The position numbers and the translations under genes were made by a program. From assembly GCA_943704425.1 (NCBI GenBank), contig CALSCP010002583.1, positions 1 through 57,431 on the forward strand: a stretch of 57,431 bases of DNA, written 5' to 3'. The notes under the pieces are model-generated. The model was given only the letters and a program-made list of their open reading frames with translations, ran no database searches and was not told the origin of the DNA. The DNA is from Ministeria vibrans ATCC 50519. Its lineage: Eukaryota; Protista; Filasterea. Below are positions 1-11,400 of the stretch, one piece after another (position 1 is the stretch's first letter; every line of letters starts with the position of its first letter).

Positions 1-32
<32 letters not shown>

Positions 33-43
33 ACGAATCTCAC

Positions 44-91
44 CGCATTGTTTTCACAGACGCCCGTGTATAAATTTTGGGTCGAGGCCAT
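44..91 (-). CDS. First coding exon of a gene running off the left edge (MASTQNLYTGVCENNA)
   Basis: ATG at 91, 16 codons, then a GTGAG donor at 43 followed by a poly-A intron tract. An upstream GTAAGT...CAG pair suggests a 5'UTR intron. Confidence 0.45.
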
Positions 92-705
92 TTGTGTACG
101 AAGGAGCTAATCGGGCGAGGATTGTGACGAGTGAGTTGCTTTTGAGTCAAGTTGAAGAACTGCTGTGAGATATTGTATGGAAATTGTATGATACAAAAGG
201 CAGTCAATGTGATGTATCGGGAAACGCTAGTTACGCTACACTCCCTGTTTACTTTATGTTGCAGTAACTTACATTGAATTCTTGTATTGTTAATTATTTG
301 TTGTTTGTTTCGGCGGCGATTAAGCGCGTGAACTACTTTTCGTATTGTGCGGAAAAATTGTTTCCAAGAAAAAAAGGTCACAACATTATCTTGTGAATGT
401 GAGTCGTCTGTATATAATAATTATATGGGTTATGGTGGAGGTAGTGACTAGTGACTAGAGAGTGATTGGATACCTGTGCATTATATGTTGCAATGTTGAC
501 TATTGAGAAAGATATGATGAACTAATGTATGTTGTCTCTTAAAGTACATACTACATACTACCAAGTCAAATATTCGATCTGTCTGCCCGCTCTGGCGCTC
601 TCAGCTGTGTCGACACACTGCCAAATAATGCCAACGTGTTGAGTGGTAACAGTCTGCACTCTAGATCTGCTCTCCTTCAATCAAATTATTCAATACAATT
701 TGAAG

Positions 706-760
706 ATGATCAAGACCATCGGCCGTTATGTACGTCTGTCGACAGTGTGGACACTGTCAC

Positions 761-815
<55 letters not shown>

Positions 816-2485
816 TGCGAGACTAACCTCTGTGCGGCAGGCGGTGGCATGGGGCACCTTTGTTGTGCTGTTGGTCGCTGGGAGTGCCCTGCATGGGAAC
901 CTCCTGCTGATTGGCGTGCTGCTTGCCCAGACGTATGGAATTGACTTCGCCGAGCGCCTCGGCGGCTTGTGGGAGCAGTCGTGGTTTGCAGGAACGCACT
1001 TTGCGGGACTGGAGTACATCATTGCCTTCTCCGTCACCATCACCATGCTCGGCTACCACGGGGTCTCGGGCGGGCTCTACAAGTACTACTACATTGATCG
1101 GAAGGACCGCGCCGAGGAGTGGAAGGTTCGAAAATGCCCAACGAAGTGTTGTCATCGCTGAGAGTGCAAACGTCCTTCGTCCCCTTCTGCTGCATAAGCG
1201 TCGAAATCGCCCATTGTCGCTTGCCGAGGGTTGAACTCGGGGTGTTTTATAGCGAATGGGAAGTTCAAATGCACGGGATGTCGACGCAAACGCATTTTTT
1301 GTCGATTCTTTTCTTCATTATTTATTATGTGTTGTCGACTTTTCTTTTCTGCCGTTACTGCTCGCTCGGGGTGGCGAGCCATTGCGGTTGTCCCACTGGT
1401 GGATGGCGAGTGCACCTTGTGTGCTTTCCCTGCTGTGCGTGTGTCATCACTGCGTGTTTTGCACATCTCTTCTGACTCGTTGGTTCTGTTGTTGCAGGTG
1501 CAACCGAAGCACTTTCCGAGTGCCGCACTGCTGCGCGAGCAGATTATGCTGGGAACCTTTAACATGTTGCTGGGCAGCAGTGTGACGGGTTTCCTCATTA
1601 CGTACATGATAAACAAGGGACCGCTGTTGACATTGCACGAGGAAGTGACTGTTGCCTTTGACATGCGCGTCACGTCCATCCCCTATCTCATTCTACAGTT
1701 CCCTCTCATCTTCTTGGCGGAGGATGCCTTTGCCTACTATGCACATCGGTATTTCCATACGCGCTTCTTCTACACGCACGTCCACAAGACACACCATCGG
1801 TACCGTCAACCCACCGCCTGGTCCACCAGTACGAAGAAGATTAATAATTACTATGTCTCTATTTCGCTTGTGCAACACGTGAGACCAAACTCACAAACAC
1901 ACTAAGCACTTCGCATTAAGCACACGAAGCACACACACACACACACACACACACACTCGTCACAATCAGCCTCACTGTAGTCTCACTTTGTTCTAACCCT
2001 CACACACATATCACGTTCCCCCTCTCCCCACCAGGCTCCATGCACACCGCCGAGTTCCTGATTCTCAACGTGGGCGTTGTCCTGCCCGCCTTCACGCTCC
2101 CACTTCACAAGACAGTCTTTGCGGCCATGCTCGCCTACATCTTTCTCCATGGCATGCTTGACCACTCGGGAATCAAGTTCACCTCTGTGTTGCCATGGCA
2201 ACACATCACCAACTTCCATGATGACCATCATCGCCTCTTTCATGTTAACTTTGGTCTAAACTCAAACGTACGTTACTAATTATTATTAGTTTTATTTGTT
2301 GTTTGTTTTTGTGCAAAAAAGTCAATCACAGACTCACTTTTGTTTCTTTTTCCCCCTTTCTCTCTCTCTTTCTTTCTCTCGTTCAGTTCTTTGATGTGAT
2401 CCATGGCACGTGTGCTCGTGACGATCGAGTCTACGGCGAAACCGTCTTTGGTGGTTTTGGCAAAGAAGCTGCAAAAGTCACCTAA
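706..2485 (+). CDS. Fatty acid hydroxylase / sterol C5-desaturase family membrane enzyme (5 exons: 706-729, 841-1125, 1498-1828, 2035-2266, 2387-2485)
   Basis: His boxes HRYFH, HKTHH and HDDHH, plus LDHSG and NFG...FFDVIHGT. Canonical splice sites join the ORF pieces in frame. Confidence 0.9.
763..816. repeat. (TG)n microsatellite in intron 1 of the desaturase
   Basis: Direct read of the sequence. Confidence 0.95.
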
Positions 2486-2531
2486 TACACTCTCCCAATC
2501 ATTCACTTCGCTATGTCCCTCTACTGATTGT

Positions 2532-3572
2532 TCATTGCAACAGTTGATCAAGAAACTTCTTCCAGTCGGCGCGTGAAAAGGAGTCTGCAGATTGGTTGGT
2601 GATGCCGTTGATTTGGAAAAGAGGAACACCATAGATGCCCTGTGTGACAGCGTATTTCCTAATAAACAGAGCCAGTGACGGAAGGAAGGAAGGAAGGAAG
2701 GAAGGCGAGCGATGTGTGTGTATGCTTACCAGGCCACTCGTGCATCTTCATTGAGGCCTCCGTTGTTGAGGGCTGCCAGGAAGTCGTCGTACGACACGTC
2801 CATGTTGGCTGAGACCAGCTTGGCCATGGCGCTCNNNNNNNNNNNNNNNNNNNNNNNNNNNNNNNNNNNNNNNNNNNNNNNNNNNNNNNNNNNNNNNNNN
2901 NNNNNNNNNNNNNNNNNNNNNNNNNNNNNNNNGCTTACCAGGCCACTCGTGCATCTTCATTGAGGCCTCCGTTGTTGAGGGCTGCCAGGAAGTCGTCGTA
3001 CGACACGTCCATGTTGGCTGAGACCAGCTTGGCCATGGCGCTCTTCACCTCGGGCTCCGTCTCGTTCGCCGCAGCCGCAAGGAACTCCTGCTGGTGCACA
3101 AACATCAGTTCCATGTATTGCACAAAGACAGCCGAGGATTTGGCCGGAGGGGTGAAGAAGCGACCGCCCTGAGCCTACACACACAAAGAGAGTGTCATCA
3201 CACAGTTCGAAAACACACTCAAACACAGTTTTTGGTAATATTTCGGCAGATGACGCACCGCAAAGAAGGCGTTGTGGTGGTACGGCAAGGGCATGATGTG
3301 GATGACACCGTTGACGCGGTCCTTGTACTCAGCGAGGACCTATTGGGCGAGAGAGAGCGGGTCAGAAGGGACACAATGGTGAACTTCCATCGCGGTCGTA
3401 CGTCCTTCATAATGGGCCAGTTCGGCGCCGAGTCGGAGCAGAGGAAGTCATAGAAGATGTCAATGCGGACAGGGGCGTTGGGGTTACCCAGCACGACGCC
3501 TGGCGGCAGCGTGGGCGTCGGCGGCTGTGCAAGCGCAGAGCCCACCAGAGCAAAAAGAAGGAGCGACAGCAT
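2532..3572 (-). CDS. Secreted DsbA-like/thioredoxin-fold protein, paralog A (4 exons; spans the 100-N gap)
   Basis: Signal peptide MLSLLLFALVGSALA; LGNPNAPVRIDIFYDFLCSDS (CxxS); PLPYHHNAF; last exon KYAVTQGIYGVPLFQING...LLQ* at 2660-2532. Confidence 0.85.
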
Positions 3573-3739
3573 GATGCAAGGATGCGTGTGGCTCTACTAT
3601 GGCTAAGGTGCGGAGTTGGGAACTCAGACAAGAAAAAGAAATTGAAATACGATTATCAATCATTGAGGAAATATCGTCTCTTGTGTTAGACTGATTGTTA
3701 ATGAAACACAGCTCTCTGTATGTAGTGACGATCAAAGCG

Positions 3740-4575
3740 CTATACCAAAAGCGAATCAATGAGTTTGTGCCAGTCGGCAGCTGAGAAGCCAGAGGCAGCC
3801 TGGTTGGTGATGCCGTTCACTTGGAAGGTCGGAGTGCCGTAGATGCCTTGAGTCACAGCGTACTTCCTGAGACGCCATGCGTGGTTATTGCGTGCGTTAA
3901 CACAACATACTTATGTGTATACTACACCTCCTTACCAGGCCACTCGTGCATCTTCATTGAGGCCTCCGTTGTTGAGAGCTGCCAGGAAGTCGTCGTACGA
4001 CACGTCCATGTTGGCTGAGACCAGCTTGGCCATGGCGCTCTTCACCTCGGGCTCCGTCTCGTTCGCCGCAGCCGCAAGGAACTCCTGCTGGTGCACAAAC
4101 ATCAGTTCCATGTATTGCACAAAGACAGCCGAGGATTTGGCCGGAGGGGTGAAGAAGCGACCGCCCTGAGCCTACACACACAAAGAGAGTGTCATCACAC
4201 AGTTCGAAAACACACTCAAACACAGTTTTTGGTAATATTTCGGCAGATGACGCACCGCAAAGAAGGCGTTGTGGTGGTACGGCAAGGGCATGATGTGGAT
4301 GACACCGTTGACGCGGTCCTTGTACTCAGCGAGGACCTATTGGGCGAGAGAGAGCGGGTCAGAAGGGACACAATGGTGAACTTCCATCGCGGTCGTACGT
4401 CCTTCATAATGGGCCAGTTCGGCGCCGAGTCGGAGCAGAGGAAGTCATAGAAGATGTCAATGCGGACAGGGGCGTTGGGGTTGCCCAGCACGACGCCTGG
4501 CGGCAGCGTGGGCGTCGGCGGTTGGGCAAGCGCAGAGCCCATCAGCAGTGTGACGGAAATAAGGAGTCTGATCAT
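3740..4575 (-). CDS. Secreted DsbA-like/thioredoxin-fold protein, paralog B (4 exons)
   Basis: Signal peptide MIRLLISVTLLMGSALA; same CSDS core as paralog A; last exon KYAVTQGIYGTPTFQVNG...LLV* with the cis-Pro loop GTPTF. Confidence 0.88.
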
Positions 4576-5169
4576 CGTGCGGGAGAGAGCTGGTGCAACG
4601 AGGAGGATATCGTCGGCTTCGGCTGTCAGTTCGCGTTTGAGGTGAGGAAAAACAGTGATTCGATTGAAAGGTGTAACAAATAAAGAGATCATTCATCCCC
4701 AATGAGCAGACATTGGCCCCGAGAGTGTCTCGATTGCCGGTACGACAGGTCTTGACAGTCACGATAAAGTGGATGAAGCTGCATGTCTCAACGGCATTTC
4801 GCACAGCGACCCGTTGCCGAAGAGCGTCTCAAGGCCGATGATAAATTCATTGTCATTACCCGCACTCTCTATCTTAAGACGACAGACATTTTCGATCCTC
4901 CTCCTACCCATACTCCACGAGTCCTCTTTCTCGTAGGCGTGTATGCGACACGTTGGTTTTCATACAACATACAAACACAAACACACTAAACACACACTAA
5001 TGTCTTATGACAGTGATGCCGTTACTGGTATAAGATATTGGTGTGAACACCCGAATGGCAGACTATCAAACCATGAACCAACGAGTGCTTCAGTGGAAAA
5101 TCTGGATCGACTATTGCTCACTGGGAGACACTGAAGTGACACTGAGAAGTACACGGGTCACGGAACTAG

Positions 5170-5399
5170 TGAGTCACTACACTCGCCTCAAATCTCTCGG
5201 GTAGACAAGCGTATCATTTCCTGAACACATAAAGACACAACCGACTCTCTTGTCATTCTTACTCAGACCAGTACAAAATGTTGTCGTCTGTCATATGTCT
5301 GTCTACTATCTAGTCACTAACTCACTACTCACTAGTCACTATAAAGTCTACTCACTGGTGAGTTAGGAATCATGAGTCATGAGCTATGAGTGTGAATCA
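5170..5399 (+). promoter_or_regulatory. Cluster of AP-1/bZIP-type sites upstream of the triple-bZIP gene
   Basis: TGAGTCA at 5170-5176 and 5373-5379 (inside the pseudo-palindrome TCATGAGTCATGA); TGAATCA at 5393-5399. Confidence 0.45.
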
Positions 5400-5528
5400 C
5401 TTTGGTAAATTTTTGTCTGTTTGTTTGTTTTTTCGAATCGTTTACTCGACCAACCATTTTCACAACATTTTTATTCCCCAAAAAAACTTTCCCCACACAC
5501 CCACCAGCCACCGTTTTCTACGACAACC

Positions 5529-7055
5529 ATGCAGTTCGTACCCACGCAACACCCCATGCCCGTTCGGCGCGTCACCTCGGCAGCACACTTTGCTGCAGGG
5601 GACATTTCGGATGACGATGATGACGACGCATCCGGCGGCGGCGGAAGCGGCGCGATTGGCGTGCCTGATTGCAGTGCCCACTACTTTGCTCGCCGCGAGA
5701 TGGCCCTGGCCGCGGATTCGGTCGGCAGTGGCTATCAGGCGAGCGACAAGCAGGTTTGGACTGCGGCGATTACGACATCGCCCGCCACGCCTTCCCGTCT
5801 CCTCTCCCAGCCCTATTCGTTATCCCGTCACACCGCCGAACCCCCCGTCGTCGGCGATGTGCGCAGAGAAAGGAATCGTGAGGCGGCCGCTCGCTACCGT
5901 GAGCGACAGCGACTGCGCGAGCTCGAAATTCGCGCGGAAATTGAGCAAAACGAAAAAATCGTTGCGAATCTTCGCGCAAGTCTGTGTCGTCTTGAGGAGA
6001 CTCTCCAAGTGCCGCCGGCCGAACGAGTTGCCAATTGGCAGCCTCCTCAGCAGGTGGGTGGCGCCCTTGACAGCCTGAATGCCCTCATTGCCTCCAGTCC
6101 ATCCGTTTCTCTTGGCGCAAAGCACTCGACCACCTCTCACTCTGGCAGCGGTGGCCCCATGCGCTCCAGGCGCGAGCGAAACAACGAAAGCGTGCGCCGA
6201 TCACGTGAGCGTCGTCGTCTGGAGTCCTTGGTTCTTGAAGAGCGTGCCTCGATGCTTAAGCGAGTCGTCGAGGTACTGTCCCGTTGTCACAGTCAATTGT
6301 CAGGTCACCCCGTGTGCTTCGCATCGCCTGCGCCTTCATCCGGGAGTATGTTGCCCACTGCTGCTGCTGCTGCCGATGTTGCTGCTGCCGCCAATGCACC
6401 TACAGCTGCTCAGCGGGAGTTTGAGCCCGACGATGGTAATAATCGAGGTAGCATTGGTACATTGACAGAATATTCTAACGATGGCGACGACGTCATTGCC
6501 ACCACAAGTGACAGCGCCAACGCCGACGCCCACGACATCGACAACAACAACGACAACGACAATGACAACGATGATCAGGTTGTGGTTGTTGTAGAGAAGA
6601 CCGCTGACGTTGGCTCCGCGGCCGTTGAAGTTGGCGAAAGAGCGCCTGACGCAAGCACGCAATGCGGCGCGGAAATCATCATCGTCGCAAACGATACTCT
6701 CAATCCTAATCACAACAGCGGGATGGATACGACCCTCGATGACGACAGTTGCAAGCAAGAGAACGACAACAACGACAACAACAACGACGACGACGATGAC
6801 GAAGACGGCAAGTCGATGTACTCGAGCAACAGTAGCTGTGACAATGGCGGCTCTGGCAGTCAGCCCAGCGACTCGTATCGTAGCAAACGCCAACGCAACA
6901 ACGACGCCTCGCGACGTTGTCGGCAGCGCAAGAAGCAGGCCATGGACGAATTGGCGCACTATAATGCCCGCTTGGTTGCTGAAAACACAACATTGGCCAA
7001 AGAAAACGCGCTTCTTCGTCAACTTCTGTCTGAGCGCACTCCCGTTTCTGTCTAA
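5529..7055 (+). CDS. Intronless transcription factor with three bZIP modules (508 aa)
   Basis: Basic regions RRERNREAAARYRERQR, RRERNNESVRRSRERRR and KRQRNNDASRRCRQRKK. Each has the N-x7-R motif followed by leucine heptads. Confidence 0.85.
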   Translation: MQFVPTQHPMPVRRVTSAAHFAAGDISDDDDDDASGGGGSGAIGVPDCSAHYFARREMALAADSVGSGYQASDKQVWTAAITTSPATPSRLLSQPYSLSRHTAEPPVVGDVRRERNREAAARYRERQRLRELEIRAEIEQNEKIVANLRASLCRLEETLQVPPAERVANWQPPQQVGGALDSLNALIASSPSVSLGAKHSTTSHSGSGGPMRSRRERNNESVRRSRERRRLESLVLEERASMLKRVVEVLSRCHSQLSGHPVCFASPAPSSGSMLPTAAAAADVAAAANAPTAAQREFEPDDGNNRGSIGTLTEYSNDGDDVIATTSDSANADAHDIDNNNDNDNDNDDQVVVVVEKTADVGSAAVEVGERAPDASTQCGAEIIIVANDTLNPNHNSGMDTTLDDDSCKQENDNNDNNNDDDDDEDGKSMYSSNSSCDNGGSGSQPSDSYRSKRQRNNDASRRCRQRKKQAMDELAHYNARLVAENTTLAKENALLRQLLSERTPVSV

Positions 7056-7274
7056 TATACAGAAACGAAATACACTTCAGAGTGATAAGAATGTCGTTTT
7101 TGCATCTTACTGCAATGAAGAAAGAGAGAGGGAGAGAGATATGTGTTGCGCTTGAGACTAAAGAAAGTCAAGACAGCTGTAACAATGTTTGCTTTTCGTT
7201 TGTGATTTATAATAAAGGAATTCATATTACTTCTGTTGATAATCATAAAAATCATACAATTTTATACTAACGTC

Positions 7275-8303
7275 ATGTCTGGAACATTGACAACTAGAAT
7301 TGTCACCAAAGATGACAAGGATACCATCAAAGAGATGAGCGAAGGCATCTACGAGGTGCATTTGCTCCTGTCAAATCTCGACTCTCGACCCAAAATAATC
7401 TCTCTTTAGGGCCACGATTACCTCGTCCAGTGCTTTGACGACTGGCTCGACGATTCAAGACGCACCATGATTGGCGTGTGCTGCGACGGAAAGCTTGTAG
7501 GACTCGACGTGGTGTTCGAGACGGACGACAGAGAAACGATCATGTTCCAAGCACTGCGCGTTCATCCCGACTGCCGCGGAAAGGGCGCCGGGACCTTCCT
7601 GTCGCACGCGGTCACTGCCCATGTCAACACCCACTGCAAGTCCACGGCAAAGCGACTGCGAGTCACTGTCAACGGCGACAATGCGACCTCCCTTGCGCTG
7701 CATGAGCGACAGGGGTTTGTGCGGCAATTCTCGCTTGGTCTCACCTACGCCATGCTGCCCGCACCCGACGCTCTCACAGCCCTCGAACAACACAAACAGC
7801 ACAACCCGTATGCCGGACGTCTTTTCGAAGCAACTCCCAAGTGTGTGGTCGAACGCCTCGCCAACAGCACGCTTGTGCCCAAAAACACCCTCATCTCCGA
7901 CTGGGTCGCGTACGACGTGCGTCTCTCCAATCTCCAAGTCATGAGCAGCAACCACACCTTCATCCTCAGCGACAACAGCGACAACTCCACCAACACGACG
8001 ACGCCCTCGGGCTTCTCCTTCTCGGCGCCCTCCCCGCGCGCCTGTGGCCAGTCCACGTACGCAACCATCTACCTTCGCGATCCCTCCGATACCAACACAC
8101 TCCTTGCCCACGCTCACGCACACTTCCGTCTCGCCCTCGCCACCCCCGGCTGCCAACGCCTCTACTTTATCACCCCAGAGCCCCTCATTGCCCGACTCGA
8201 GTCCTTTCTCACCACCGTCTCCACTGTGCGTGGTGGCACTCCTCCATTTACCTACGAACAGATGTGGCTCATGGAAAAGGACATTTCCAATGGCTCTCTG
8301 TAA
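7275..8303 (+). CDS. GNAT acetyltransferase, NAT16/histidine N-acetyltransferase-like (exons 7275-7355, 7410-8303)
   Basis: Spliced GIYE|GHDYL...W motif; acetyl-CoA motif LRVHPDCRGKGAG; N..SLALHERQGF. Confidence 0.8.
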
Positions 8304-8443
8304 AAAAAAAAAGGAAGGAAATGTTTAAAAACAAAAAAAAGAAGATTGTTTATATCAATACAAGTGAAAACACAAAGAAAAAGGAAAGAATAACTATTGA
8401 CAGAGACATGTTGCGATATAATCTTTTTTGGATCCGGTGTGTG

Positions 8444-11400
8444 TTACACGGCATCCACTCCCAAGTCGGTTTCAGCAAGAATCTTCTGCATCTCATCACT
8501 GAGAGGGGCAAGAGAGGGGTCGTCGATAAAATGGCGAGTGGCCGAGGTTTCGGGGAAGGAGGAGGAGTCGTGGCTGGGGGAGGAGGAGGAGTCGTGACTG
8601 GGAGAGTAGCGGTGGGAAGCAGTGGAGGAAGTGGTGGACTCGTCGGAAGGGTGAGGAGGGCTTGAGTTTGCGGTGTGTGACGACTGTCTTTGACTGTTGC
8701 TGGTGCTCACGGTATCATTAAGACTGTCAGGTGAGGCACCTGCAAGCGGTATGGGTGGCGCGGTAAAGTTCGAGAGTGCCTTGACGGCCGCACTGCCCGA
8801 GCCCAACTTGTTTGAGTAGGTCAGATGCATAGAGTCGGACACCATGTCGTCGCGGCAGGCGGGTGGCGCGGTCGGTGAGAGCATCGATTGTGTTGTAGCA
8901 CGGGACTGTGAAGTGCCTGTGGCAGTCGCCTTACTCACCGCCGCTGCTGTGCGTGGCATTCCTGTCGTAGACGCCCGACTTGCAGGGACCGCCACACTCG
9001 CCTCGGTGGTGTCATAACGCATCAGCAACGCACACATCTCACTGGAGTCCCCGCCCTGCCGCCGGGCCACACTCAACGGCGTCTCATGCATCATATTCCC
9101 ATGTGACGGCACTGCACCCGCCTCCAAAAGCACTTGCGCCACTTCAACATTCAGTTCACGCGCAGCCAAATACAGACTCGTATCCCCCTAAAAAAAAGCA
9201 ATTTTAATTATGAATAATATAATAACAATAAAAATGTAACAAACAAAATGTGTACCTTGAGAGTGGGTCTGTCAATGTTTGCGTTCTCACGCACAAGCAT
9301 ACGCACAATATCAGTGGCCCCCACTGCACTGGCCCAATGCAACGCACTCCATCCACTCGCATCCACACTCCACACAAACGCACCAGCTGAAAAAAGATGC
9401 ACACAATCAATTGCGCTTTTTTGGTTTCCCTCTTTGTCTTTCACGCACCTGTCAAAAGTCGACTCACAACATCCGTCATGGCATATTTACACGCACACAT
9501 CAAAGCTATACAATGAAACGTTAAATTTTTCTTCGTTCTTTTTATTTTTCGTTTCTTACCTGTTCTTCCGACGGTATCGCGAACATTGAGAAGCTCACGG
9601 ACATTGTGAGTGTGATCAAGGCAGTAGAAGACGCAGTCGGTGGCGGCGACGGAGCAGGCGGCATGAACACAGCTGAGCTGGTCAGCGTCGACAAGATACA
9701 GGTCGGCGCCGGCCGCAGTTAGGAGCTGGAGGGCTGGGAGGGAGCCCATGAGACACGCAATGAGTGCTGGTGTTTGCTTGTTCGCATTGACATGGTTCAC
9801 TTGTGCGCCGTGTGCAATGAGTTCGACAAGGCATTCCGTGGCGTTTGCCTCAATGGCCACGTAGAGCGCCGTGTTGCCGGCCGCATCGCTCTCGTTGATG
9901 GCCGCAGCAGGACTCTGCACTGTCCCCACTGATGTACTTGACGACATGGCAATCGACAAAATCGCATTGGCAACTTCGTCGCTGGACGAGAGCTGCGCAA
10001 CAGATGCCCCACTGTGGAGAAGTTCTTCGAGACTGGACGCCGTAATGGAATGTTGTTGTTGTTGTTGTTGTTGTTGCCGTTGTTGCTGTTGTTGCTGTTG
10101 TTGTTGTTGCTGTTGTTGTACGTTGTCGTATTGTTGCTGTGCCGCGCTGATGAGTGATGTGAGCGACACTACGTCGTTGCGCATACAGGCAGTGCGAATG
10201 TCGATAGCAAGCGACGAGAGACCCACCAAAGGTGTCACCGAGTCCATCTCCATAACGTAGGTAGTGGAAGTCTCGCGACGCTTGATATCGTGCAGCTTCA
10301 TCGACTCGACACGACTGCGTTTGCTCCGCCTGCCCCCTGCTCCTCCTCCTCTTCCTCTTCCTCCTCCAAGTGCATTCGTGGCACCACTTGCGGTGGTGCT
10401 CTGGCCATCGTTCTCTTCCTCTTCATCGTCGCTGTCGCCCTTGCGCGTACGTTTGCGACGACGCGCGACCACAGCAGCCAATACCACGACGAGGGCGAGC
10501 ATCAGAACTACAATGACGGCAATGGCAACAATGGTGCTTGTGGACAGACTCGACGACGGACTCGCTCCAGTAGGCATGAGAGGCACGTTGGATGACTGAA
10601 CGCCAGCGGCGACCAGACCCACCTCGGCGTTGCCCAGCAGCTCCATGGGATTCACGAGCGCCGATGAAGACAGGTAGTTGGCACACAGCGTGGGATTGGT
10701 GTTGGCCCAAGGGCTGTTGGCGCGCGGTTGATACGAAACACGCGCTCGCCATGCCGAGACGTTGCGCGACGCCATCGCTTCGGTCCACCTGGTGGACATA
10801 CCGCTCACGGCAACGCTCGTCTGCATCGATGCGTTGTACCACGCAAACAGATCGTACACGTCAATGGACATGACTGACACCTGCGAGACGAGCAGACTCG
10901 TCAGGCGGTACTGCAGCGTAGACATCGTCTCGTTCATGTTAAATGTCGTCATGTCCGTTGGTAAAAAGTACACCTCGAGAACGCCAATGTAGCTTGCGAG
11001 CGGGATGTCATCACAATCGCCACCGTCAAAACCGCAGGCAACGTTGTTGCACTGAAGATCGCAGGTGTTGTCGCCCACATGAGTGAGGCAATACGACTCG
11101 GAAGGACACACCGGAATCTCGCGGAGATACTCAAAAGGACCGGGGCAGGAGAAGCCGTTGAAGCTGCACTCAGCCACATTACAGGCAAGCTCAGACGCTG
11201 CTGTGCAATTTCCCGCGTCAAACGCCTGGCGGCACATGTCGCGCTGCGGGCAGCTCGCCCAGTAGTCATTGGCTTCGATACAGTCCAACCCGTCCCAATT
11301 GCACGCGGCGGTGTTGCACTACAAGGGGAAACGACGGCGCGTGAGAACCCACGGGAGTGCGCCGTCTCCTTTTGGCGACCCACAGCCACTGCTGCGACTC

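Noticed and set aside
1-381. Poly-T plus a 113-aa ORF read as a LINE 3' end with a poly-A tail
   Set aside because: No RT or endonuclease motifs. It is better explained as a first exon with a GTGAG donor followed by an intronic A-tract.
2724-3042. Third DsbA-like gene copy
   Set aside because: The ~110 bp left of the 100-N gap repeat the sequence right of it exactly. This is a contig-overlap artefact, and one gene spans the gap.
4600-5130. Possible small gene or ncRNA between the DsbA-like and bZIP genes
   Set aside because: Only short ORFs, with no recognisable motif, splice pattern or structure I can support.
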